DNA of 62,002 nt, counting the filler. It is 5 parts of 5 records of this genome, joined end to end, with 100 filler letters (N's around TTAATTAATTAA, not from the genome) between each part and the next. Parts side by side here need not be neighbours in the genome. Positions count along the whole stretch, not along the records: positions 28,747 to 48,415 come from SRR20825010_5025; 4 more parts are not named here. One strand, given 5' to 3'. Of this stretch, positions 31,883-40,441 are shown in pieces. The translations under genes were made by a program, and so were the position numbers. Under the pieces are notes generated by a model. The model was not told where the DNA came from. It did not search any database and saw only the letters and a list, made by a program, of their open reading frames with translations. Position 1 is the first letter of the stretch. Each line of letters begins with the position of its first letter.

Positions 31883-33394
31883 ATGCCGTCAAACCACTCG
31901 GACGCCTCCTCAGCATCGTCGAAGTCTGCGGATTCAACCCGATCCGTTTCCATTTTGGGCAGCCAACATTGGTATGACTTCGTTCAGCCTTGCCTGGATT
32001 CGGCGTCAATATTGGCTTCGCTGGTGTTGGTCAAATTCGCCGCACGAGGCCATGTCGACGATGCATCCTTTGCAATGGGATTGATCGCGGTCATCGTGTT
32101 CTTTCTCAGCAGCCAATTGACCGGACTGCAACGAGGCGACCGTCGCGCGTGCACTGACAGTGAAATCATTCGCGTCATCACAACATGGACGATGACGATC
32201 CTGGTGTTAGGTGCGATCGCGTTTGCAACCCGCTACGGGCAGTACTTTGCCCGATCGGTGATTCTGTCTTGGTGTGTGCTTTGTCCCGCCATGATCGGAC
32301 TTTCGCGAATGTGTCTGCGAATCGTCCAATTTGGATTGCTTCGTCGTGGCGTTGGTGTTCGACGAGTCGCGATTGCGGGCTGCAACACCCTTGGACATCA
32401 GACACAATCCAACATCGAATCAGATTCGTCGCTCGGACTGCAGTTCGCTGGCTTCTACGATGACCGCAATTTCGCACGAGACAATGTCGAAAATGGAAGT
32501 GGCGAAACTGAATGCACTGATTCAGAAGATCTAAGTTTGACCGAATCCGTACCAGCGGTCTCACTTCAGGGTGACTTGAACGACCTTATTGCTGCGGCAC
32601 GTTCGGGTGAGATTGAAACGGTGCTTGTCACCCTTCCCATGCGTGCCGAGAAGCGAATCCGTTTTTTGCTGGACGAGCTGAGTGACTCAACAGCATCCGT
32701 TTACATCGTGCCCGATTTCTTCGTGTTCGAACTGCTCCACGCTCGCTGGACACAAGTCGGCGGTTTGCCGGCGGTCAGCGTCACCGAATCGCCGATGTTC
32801 GGCATCGATGGAGTCGCGAAAAGGGCGGCGGATTTGATCATCGCCTCGGCTGGGTTGCTGGCCATTTCGATTCCAATGCTGATGATCGCGGCGGCGGTCA
32901 AATTGACATCGCCCGGTCCGGTGTTCTTCCGACAGCGTCGATACGGATTGGATGGACAAGAAATCCGTGTCTGGAAATTTCGCTCGATGACGACGTGCGA
33001 CGATGGTGCCGTCGTCAAACAGGCCACTCATAACGATTCGCGAATCACGCCATTGGGTGCAATCCTTCGAAAAACGAGCTTGGACGAACTTCCACAATTG
33101 TTCAACGTGATTGAAGGATCCATGTCATTGGTCGGCCCCCGGCCTCACGCCTCCGCCCACAACGAACAATATCGCGGTTTGATCCGTGGATATATGATGC
33201 GGCACAAAGTCAAACCGGGCATCACCGGGTTGGCACAAGTCAACGGCTGTCGCGGCGAAACGGAAACGGTCGACAAAATGGAACAGCGGATCCATTTTGA
33301 TCACCAATACATCCGGTCGTGGTCGCTGTTGCTAGACATTCGGATCTTGTTCCGAACTCTGATGGTCGTTTGGAAGCAACCCGAAGCCTACTGA
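31883..33394 (+). CDS. wcaJ: Undecaprenyl-phosphate glucose phosphotransferase (WcaJ-like)
   Basis: KFRSM, DSRITPLG, RKTSLDELPQLFNV, MSLVGPRPHA, VKPGITGLAQV. Confidence 0.9.
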   Translation: MPSNHSDASSASSKSADSTRSVSILGSQHWYDFVQPCLDSASILASLVLVKFAARGHVDDASFAMGLIAVIVFFLSSQLTGLQRGDRRACTDSEIIRVITTWTMTILVLGAIAFATRYGQYFARSVILSWCVLCPAMIGLSRMCLRIVQFGLLRRGVGVRRVAIAGCNTLGHQTQSNIESDSSLGLQFAGFYDDRNFARDNVENGSGETECTDSEDLSLTESVPAVSLQGDLNDLIAAARSGEIETVLVTLPMRAEKRIRFLLDELSDSTASVYIVPDFFVFELLHARWTQVGGLPAVSVTESPMFGIDGVAKRAADLIIASAGLLAISIPMLMIAAAVKLTSPGPVFFRQRRYGLDGQEIRVWKFRSMTTCDDGAVVKQATHNDSRITPLGAILRKTSLDELPQLFNVIEGSMSLVGPRPHASAHNEQYRGLIRGYMMRHKVKPGITGLAQVNGCRGETETVDKMEQRIHFDHQYIRSWSLLLDIRILFRTLMVVWKQPEAY

Positions 33395-33417
33395 TTCAAC
33401 TCCTCCGTCGATGTCCC

Positions 33418-33993
33418 ATGTTCCCTTTGCTTCTCATCGATGGATACAACGTGATTGGGCCGGTGGCTCCTCCGTCGCGGGGTGCATCGCCGAATTGGTT
33501 GCATGACGAACGGCAGTTGTTGCTCAACCGGTTGTCGGAACACCTGACCGACCCCATTCGCAGTCGCACGTGCGTTGTCTTTGATGCTCGCAATCCGCCT
33601 CACGGCGTGAGCGATCAAATGATATTCGCCGACATGGATGTTCGCTTTGCGGTCGGCTACCCAGAAGCGGATGACTTGATCGAAGAGCTTATCTTCGAAC
33701 ATCCAAATCCCAAGTCCTTGACGGTGGTGTCCTCCGATCACCGTCTGCATGCGGCCGCCAAACGCAAGAAAGCATTGCCGATCGATTCCGATGTTTGGTT
33801 GGATGCGTTGCTGGATGGGCACATTCAAATGGCCAAACTTCCGAAAGCAACTTCCAAACGAAAACGCCACAAGAAGTCCGATCGTAAATCCGGTGAACCA
33901 TCTGCCGACGCATCGCCGAGCGGGCCAACATTGGACGCAATGCTCGAAACCGAAGAGCTACAGAAATGGCTCGATCAATACGGTTCTGATTGA
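33418..33993 (+). CDS. NYN-domain (YacP/Rae1-like) ribonuclease
   Basis: LLIDGYNV, VVFD, EADDLIE, VVSSDH acidic motifs; ATG 33418. Confidence 0.88.
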   Translation: MFPLLLIDGYNVIGPVAPPSRGASPNWLHDERQLLLNRLSEHLTDPIRSRTCVVFDARNPPHGVSDQMIFADMDVRFAVGYPEADDLIEELIFEHPNPKSLTVVSSDHRLHAAAKRKKALPIDSDVWLDALLDGHIQMAKLPKATSKRKRHKKSDRKSGEPSADASPSGPTLDAMLETEELQKWLDQYGSD

Positions 33994-34161
33994 GTGAGAC
34001 CGGCGGTCACGGCGAGCTCTGAAGAATGGCTCCGTCCATTTGGTCAGACCAGCGTAGCGAACGAAACACCAGCCAAGTTTCGCGATGGTCCGCTGTGTAT
34101 GCTGTGGGACCGATTGACCGATACTACCTTCTGATTTTGCACTCTGGCGGATTTGGCTCGA

Positions 34162-36279
34162 ATGATTCTGTCGTTGACTCGTGGACTGACTCTGTGCGGC
34201 TGCCTCGTAATGGCAACCGCCTCTTCTTTGCTAGCCGATGGACCGGCAGACAACCAAGCGGAAAACGTTCGTCCAATTCCGCCCCCCGGAATTGACGTCG
34301 ATTCTGGTCAACTGGAAACACTTCGAACATCCATTGAATCAGTCAGGAACCGTTGGCAACAACTATTGGATGCTGCCGGAGAGAAGAAACAAGACGCTGC
34401 CACGGCTGCTCGGTTGAGGGATCTCGAACCAGAGGTTTTGGTGTTTCCGAGAGCGGTCGAGATGACCATCGAGCAATCGATTTTCTACTCCCCAAAGGCG
34501 TTGGATGATGCGCAGCGATTACTCAAAATCGCTAACGATCGCATCAACCGAATCGCCGCCGGTGCGTCCTGGGCGGAAGTGGTCGGACTGCGAGCGAGCA
34601 AAGAAAAACAGCTGATTGCCGGCGGCTACCGATCAAAGATCGATGATTCGTTTCAGCCCTATGGCATCGTGGTTCCCGAGAATGTGAATGCCGTCGATAC
34701 GTTGCCGATTCGCATGGACATCTGGTTGCATGGCCGAGGTGAAAAGGTGTCCGAACTGGCGTTCTTAAGCAAACACAGCAACGATCCGGAACGCTATCGA
34801 GCCGGCAATGAACCGATGCCCCAATCTGCAATTGTGGCTCACCCCTATGGTCGCTACAGCAACGCGTTCAAATTCGCCGGCGAGGTCGATGTTCTGGAAC
34901 TACGTGACTACTTGCAGCGACGCATTGCCATTGACGAGCGCCGCGTTGCGATCCGAGGTTTTTCGATGGGCGGCGCAGGTTGCTGGCAGATCGCGACCCA
35001 CTATGCGGACCAATTCTTCGCCGCCACGCCGGGCGCAGGCTTTTCAGAAACACCTTTGTTCCTTGATGTCTTCCAGGGTGAAGACGCGGCCGGCACCGCT
35101 CCATCGCATCAGAAGACACTGTGGCAACTTTACGATTGCCCGCCCTGGGCGAGCAACCTACGGAACTTGCCGACGATTGCTTACAGCGGCGAAATCGATC
35201 GGCAAAAACAGGCCGCCGACGTGATGGAATCGGCGTTATCAGAAGAAGGGATCGAGCTGGTGCATTTGATCGGTCCGCAAACCGCTCACAAGATTCATCC
35301 CGATGCTCAGCAAGAAATCGGCAGGCGATTGGACTCAATCGAACAACAAATTACATCCGGCGTCCCTCGCAACGTCCACCTAACGACGCTGACCCTGCGT
35401 TATTCGCAGATGCACTGGATCGAAGTCACCGGAATGAGCCAACATTGGTCACCGGCCACCATCGATGCATCGGTCCTGGCAAGTCAAACTGGAAACGACT
35501 CTCAGATCATGATCGAGTGCGAGAACGTGACGCGAATCCGCGTGAACTTTGATGCCGGGCAATGGCCGGGAAAAACAGCCGGACGCACCGGCGTGATGAT
35601 CAATGGCGATCAGGTTGTCGATACCGACACCGGTCCACTGGTGGCTTCGGACCGATCGCTTGAAGCTGAGTTCATATTTGACGGAACGTGGAAAGTTGCT
35701 TCCGATGACGCAGCGTCTCTTCGCAAACGACCTGGATTGCAGGGGCCCATCGACGACGCCTTCATGGATCGCTTTGTATTTGTGCTGCCATCGGGGACAT
35801 CCGATGATCCCGCCGTCGAGCAATGGGTCCAAGCGGAATCCAAGCACGCCATGGACCATTGGCGGTTGCATTTCCGAGGTGACATTCGTGTGGTCAAAGA
35901 TACGCAAGTCGACGCGGCGATGATGGCCAATCAAAACGTGATTCTGTTTGGTGACGCCAGCAGCAACCAAGTCATTGCAAGGTTGCTACCCACACTGCCA
36001 CTTCAGTGGACCAACGATAAGATCAGCATCGGCGATAATCAGGTCACCAGAGCCAGGCACGTGCCAGTGATGATCTATCCCAACCCGGAGAGTCCAGATC
36101 GCTATGTCGTGATCAACAGCGGGTTCACCTTTCGCGAGTACGACTATCTGAACAACGCTCGCCAAACACCCAAGTTGCCCGACTGGGCATTTTTGGATGT
36201 CACAGAAGGCTCGACTTTCCGCGACCCTGGCAAGGTGATCGCGGCGGGCTTCTTCGATGAGTCATGGCAACCGAAGTGA
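34162..36279 (+). CDS. Secreted alpha/beta-hydrolase (prolyl-oligopeptidase/esterase-like)
   Basis: Signal peptide, DIWLHGRG, nucleophile elbow GFSMGG, YSGEID, AHKIH. Confidence 0.8.
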   Translation: MILSLTRGLTLCGCLVMATASSLLADGPADNQAENVRPIPPPGIDVDSGQLETLRTSIESVRNRWQQLLDAAGEKKQDAATAARLRDLEPEVLVFPRAVEMTIEQSIFYSPKALDDAQRLLKIANDRINRIAAGASWAEVVGLRASKEKQLIAGGYRSKIDDSFQPYGIVVPENVNAVDTLPIRMDIWLHGRGEKVSELAFLSKHSNDPERYRAGNEPMPQSAIVAHPYGRYSNAFKFAGEVDVLELRDYLQRRIAIDERRVAIRGFSMGGAGCWQIATHYADQFFAATPGAGFSETPLFLDVFQGEDAAGTAPSHQKTLWQLYDCPPWASNLRNLPTIAYSGEIDRQKQAADVMESALSEEGIELVHLIGPQTAHKIHPDAQQEIGRRLDSIEQQITSGVPRNVHLTTLTLRYSQMHWIEVTGMSQHWSPATIDASVLASQTGNDSQIMIECENVTRIRVNFDAGQWPGKTAGRTGVMINGDQVVDTDTGPLVASDRSLEAEFIFDGTWKVASDDAASLRKRPGLQGPIDDAFMDRFVFVLPSGTSDDPAVEQWVQAESKHAMDHWRLHFRGDIRVVKDTQVDAAMMANQNVILFGDASSNQVIARLLPTLPLQWTNDKISIGDNQVTRARHVPVMIYPNPESPDRYVVINSGFTFREYDYLNNARQTPKLPDWAFLDVTEGSTFRDPGKVIAAGFFDESWQPK

Positions 36280-36436
36280 TTCGACGCGGTGTGAGCGTTT
36301 GATGACCTTCTCGTTTGGAACGCACGAAAATCCGTTCCATTGTCGTCTCCCGATTGGCGTTCAAAACCTTGGTGAGTATGGTGGCTGCGGTTCCCCGATT
36401 CACCTCCAAATGCCTGACGATTGACTCACGGTTTCT

Positions 36437-37036
36437 TTGTTGCAAGTTCACCACAACCTCATTCGGTTTCCATCTCGCTACTGGATGGCGTTGGGGCCTG
36501 TTGTGCTTGCATGGGCGAGCGTCGGACTGCAGTGGGGTGGACACCACAGCCACCCGATCACGCCATCGACTGATTCGATTCCACGGCAATTGGAATCCGG
36601 CATTCATGCGTCTCGTCTTGCTGAATTGCATTCCCAATCACATTCACATGGCCACGCTCATCCGCACGATCATGGGCATTCGCATGGCGGCCGGCATCCA
36701 CATTCGCACGATTCCTCCCATTCTCACGTGACAGACACGACGCACATCGAAGGTGCAATCGTGGGCAGTCAGCTCCATTCGCACATTCGTTTCTTCGGGA
36801 TTGAATTTGTCGTGCTCGCGACCGCCGAGCAACACGAGCGGGACTCTGTCACCACGGGACTCCACGAACGCACGAAGAACATGGTTCTGCGTGTACTCAT
36901 GATCCGCAGTCCGATGCCACCGACTGGCGATCATTTCCTTCGATCCAACAGCGGCGACTTGGTATTGCTTGCCAATTCGCTCGTTGTCGGATGCGAACGC
37001 GCGGCGCCTTTGGTTCCGCCTCCTCAAGCGACCTGA
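36437..37036 (+). CDS. His-rich hypothetical protein with C-terminal RAAPLVPPP; candidate regulatory leader
   Basis: Hydrophobic N-region, 14 His in 33 aa (36629-36727), Pro-rich end; start may be ATG 36485. Confidence 0.65.
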   Translation: MLQVHHNLIRFPSRYWMALGPVVLAWASVGLQWGGHHSHPITPSTDSIPRQLESGIHASRLAELHSQSHSHGHAHPHDHGHSHGGRHPHSHDSSHSHVTDTTHIEGAIVGSQLHSHIRFFGIEFVVLATAEQHERDSVTTGLHERTKNMVLRVLMIRSPMPPTGDHFLRSNSGDLVLLANSLVVGCERAAPLVPPPQAT

Positions 37037-37198
37037 CCTTCGCTTTCTCAGTTCCCTTGAGGTTGATGACGTCCCTCACTTGGATGTCTCAATCTCACCC
37101 TGCGCGTTTCGTGTTTTCGCGATCCGATGCCGCATGCACCATGCGTTGTCTAGATCGGTGTGCGCGATCGTGCGATCTCAAGCAACCACTTCAATACC

Positions 37199-38173
37199 AT
37201 GTCTCTCTTTCACCAAACTCAATCTCGTAGCCGCCCCCGGTTCCGTCGCAACAATCAAACCGGATTCACCCTGGTCGAATTGTTGGTCGTGATCGCCATC
37301 ATTGGCGTCCTGGTCGGTCTTTTGTTGCCGGCCGTGCAGGCTGCACGCGAAGCTGCCCGGCGAATGTCGTGCAGCAACAACTTGAAACAACTCGCATTGG
37401 GAATTCACAACTACGAATCAAGCTTCAGACAGTTCCCGCCCGGTTACCTGCACAAATTCGGCGAACCAGGATCAATGTATCTTGCCAACCATCAAGGTTT
37501 TTCTTGGGGAAGTGCGATCCTGCCCCACATCGAACAAGCGGCCTTGTACGACACGATCCACTTCGACCGACCAACCTTTGATATCGAAAACCTTTCCGCT
37601 CGAGAAACATCGCTGCCCACTTTCTTATGTCCCTCGGACACCTATTCCGAAGGAGAGTTTGTCGTCCGTGATGACAGCTTGACGCCGATTCTTCAATATG
37701 CCGGTGCGTCTTATGCAGCGAACTGGGGTCCATCCACTTCCGCGGTCAATTTGGATGACACGCCGCTGGAAAGTGACGGGGTGTTCTTTCGCAACAGCAA
37801 CTTGAGGCACGCGGACATTCTCGATGGGCTGTCCAACACATTGGCGTTGGGGGAACGAACCAACGGCCCGCTTCCCGTCAGCACACCATCACCGGGTGGA
37901 CACAGCATTTTTGAAACCGCCTGGTTCGCTGCTGTGCACGACCGAGATGACTTCGAAGACGACCACGGTCACATGGTTCTTTTCGAGACTCAGTTTCGCC
38001 CGAACCAAATTGATGGTGATGACAAAGGGTTGTCGGCTCCCCATATCGGTCTGGCTCAATTCGCGTTGTGCGACGGCAGTGTGCGTGCCATCACTCAAGA
38101 AATCGATGCCGAGATCTACAATGCCCTCGGCAGCCGGAACGGCGGTGAAGTCATCGATTCCGAGGGTTTCTAA
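37199..38173 (+). CDS. DUF1559 prepilin-type protein with H-X9-DG motif
   Basis: [70 protein letters not shown]. Confidence 0.96.
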   Translation: MSLFHQTQSRSRPRFRRNNQTGFTLVELLVVIAIIGVLVGLLLPAVQAAREAARRMSCSNNLKQLALGIHNYESSFRQFPPGYLHKFGEPGSMYLANHQGFSWGSAILPHIEQAALYDTIHFDRPTFDIENLSARETSLPTFLCPSDTYSEGEFVVRDDSLTPILQYAGASYAANWGPSTSAVNLDDTPLESDGVFFRNSNLRHADILDGLSNTLALGERTNGPLPVSTPSPGGHSIFETAWFAAVHDRDDFEDDHGHMVLFETQFRPNQIDGDDKGLSAPHIGLAQFALCDGSVRAITQEIDAEIYNALGSRNGGEVIDSEGF

Positions 38174-38260
38174 ATCGTTCCGCGGACGGTTGAGACCTGC
38201 TCTCCTTCTATTTCACTGCCCACTTAGCAGAACCATCATTCGAGCCCGACTGCCACAACG

Positions 38261-39724
38261 CTATTCCGTGGCGTCGGGCGTTTCTTGCGAAAGGTTGTAT
38301 TGAGTTCGGATTTGAAGATGGATGCCAGCCACGCGGCGATTGACGGCGGTCATTCGCTCTCGCACCGTTTCGACCTGGCCATCCGGGAACTGAAGATTCA
38401 GCTCCACTTCCCACCCCACGTCGTGCCCCATTTTCGAAAGCAGCTCCACCAAATCTTCGGTGAAGCGTTTGCGTGCGAGCGAGCCATATTGCTCGCTCGC
38501 AAATGACATGATCTGCTCGGTTGAGATTCCATCGATTGACTTGAGTTGCGACCAATCGCCAGCCACACAAACCGTTGGCAGATCGTCCTTCCACCGCACG
38601 TCTGTGAACGGGGCGATCCGAGCATACTTTCCAGCATTCACAGGAGGGTCCAACGCACTGACGACTTCCGCGTTGGATGATGCTTTGGAGCTGGCATGGG
38701 TGACAAAAGAAAAGATAGCTGCGAACGCCAAGGCAGAAACAACCAGAAGCGTGATCAGGACGACGATTGCCGGACCTCCAAGTCGCTTCGAGTTCGTTCC
38801 CGTCAACGGTTGCCCTTTGTAGCGTTTGGAAATGAGATACCAACGGCCGAAGAACATGATTTCGAACACAATCACGGCCATGACCACGGATTGAAAGAAC
38901 ACCGGACCGGCTTTGTCAAATGCGAACCGGTATCCGCTGTACGCTGCCATCAAAGTTGGCAGGAGAATCATCGCCGCGATCCACCATGACGGTACGATTC
39001 GGTTCCAATTCTCAAACCATTCCGCCGCTCCGGGATTGCCCTCGATCTTCGGGTCGTTTTCGGACAACGAAGAAACGAGTTCCACCAGTTCGTCGACCTC
39101 GGCGGCGTCGCTCGCGTCTTCGCTTTCCAGAGTTGCCACAATCCTGCGCAAGTGTTCTTGCCGCGGCTGAAGCTGCTCATCGACTGCTGCTTGATTGAGT
39201 CGATAAATCTTGCGGTAGGTATAAAAGAGAAATACGCCGAACGGTGTCGCAACAAGAAGACATCCCCACCAAGTGCCAGTGAGATTCCAGGCGAGATGGA
39301 CGAAGAAAGCCATCAACGAAATCGTAAACGGCAGCAGGTACCACCAGAAAACGTTTCGCAACAGCCAAATTTGATGTTCGACCTGAGTGAGCGATTCCTT
39401 CGCATAAAACAACAGCGGTTGCCCAGGATCGCTTGACGCCTTGGGATGTCGCTTGCGATCGATCAGCATGAAGCCCGCAATCCAAAGCAACACCGGCACG
39501 GTCAACCACCACGACCACGGCAACGAAAAGCCGATCCCCAACACCAACCAAACCGGGATCAGCAACAACGAGACGCCCACTTCACGCACATCTCGCCAGA
39601 AGATCATGGTGCGAAATTGATCGTCTGATTGCTGGACCTGTTGCGACAGCAACTCAGCATCGAACGTCACCTTCAACCGCGATGCATCGGCCTTCCAGGC
39701 TTGTCGAAACTTATCAAGACTCAT
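38261..39724 (-). CDS. Multi-pass membrane protein, putative anti-sigma factor
   Basis: Directly downstream of the ECF sigma; MSLDKFRQAWK N-terminus; about seven TM segments and a soluble C-terminal domain. Confidence 0.7.
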   Translation of the reverse strand: MSLDKFRQAWKADASRLKVTFDAELLSQQVQQSDDQFRTMIFWRDVREVGVSLLLIPVWLVLGIGFSLPWSWWLTVPVLLWIAGFMLIDRKRHPKASSDPGQPLLFYAKESLTQVEHQIWLLRNVFWWYLLPFTISLMAFFVHLAWNLTGTWWGCLLVATPFGVFLFYTYRKIYRLNQAAVDEQLQPRQEHLRRIVATLESEDASDAAEVDELVELVSSLSENDPKIEGNPGAAEWFENWNRIVPSWWIAAMILLPTLMAAYSGYRFAFDKAGPVFFQSVVMAVIVFEIMFFGRWYLISKRYKGQPLTGTNSKRLGGPAIVVLITLLVVSALAFAAIFSFVTHASSKASSNAEVVSALDPPVNAGKYARIAPFTDVRWKDDLPTVCVAGDWSQLKSIDGISTEQIMSFASEQYGSLARKRFTEDLVELLSKMGHDVGWEVELNLQFPDGQVETVRERMTAVNRRVAGIHLQIRTQYNLSQETPDATE

Positions 39725-39728
39725 TGTG

Positions 39729-40253
39729 CTAGCCCTCCGCGACTTCGACGTTCAGCAACTGAGACAGTGTTTTCTTTGCACGATTCAGCCTCACTCCGAC
39801 GTTGCTTTCAGATATCCCTAGAACACTGGCCATTTCGCGGTAGGACAATTCGTCCAGGTACAGCAACACCAAAGCAACATCGGATTTCGGCAACTGATGA
39901 ATCGCCTCGTAAAGTTGCTTCAGTGTCTCTCGCTGCTCAGCGTGCTCGGCTGAATCAATTGCTTCAGATGGAATGGTTTGCACTTCGAGCAGCGGCTGTT
40001 GGCACGTCCTTCGCCGTTGATCGTTGCGACGCCAATTCATTGCGGTATGCAGTGCAACGCGATAAAACCATGTTGCCGGACTGGCTTGCCCTCGAAAACG
40101 AGGCAATGAATGCCACGCCTGAAGCAAGATTTCCTGGGCGAGATCCTGGCTCTCTTCGCTGCCAAGCGTGTAGGCACGCGCCACCTGAACGACCGAAGCT
40201 TTGTGCTTCTCCAGCCAATCAATGAATAGCGACTTGGCATCTTCTTCCAGCAC
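39729..40253 (-). CDS. ECF RNA polymerase sigma factor
   Basis: QDLAQEILLQAW, TWFYRVALHTA, LSYREMASVLGISESNVGVRLNRAK; GTG 40253 follows GAGGG. Confidence 0.93.
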   Translation of the reverse strand: MLEEDAKSLFIDWLEKHKASVVQVARAYTLGSEESQDLAQEILLQAWHSLPRFRGQASPATWFYRVALHTAMNWRRNDQRRRTCQQPLLEVQTIPSEAIDSAEHAEQRETLKQLYEAIHQLPKSDVALVLLYLDELSYREMASVLGISESNVGVRLNRAKKTLSQLLNVEVAEG

Positions 40254-40441
40254 CAGTAGCCCTCGCTCAGTGGTTCCGTTCAACGTCTTTCTATTTGTGT
40301 TGGTAACGCTGGTAGCGCATCCCTTACACAAAAAGTTGGTCGTTCACGAAAAAATCGGTGTGCCGGGCTGATTGGCCAAAAACGCCTACCCGATTGAGTG
40401 AAGTGAACTTCAACCAACGCGAGTGGGCGCCTCACAAGTGA

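Noticed and set aside
40399-40412. Palindrome TGAAGT-GA-ACTTCA upstream of the ECF gene
   Set aside because: Short, single occurrence, no supporting context.
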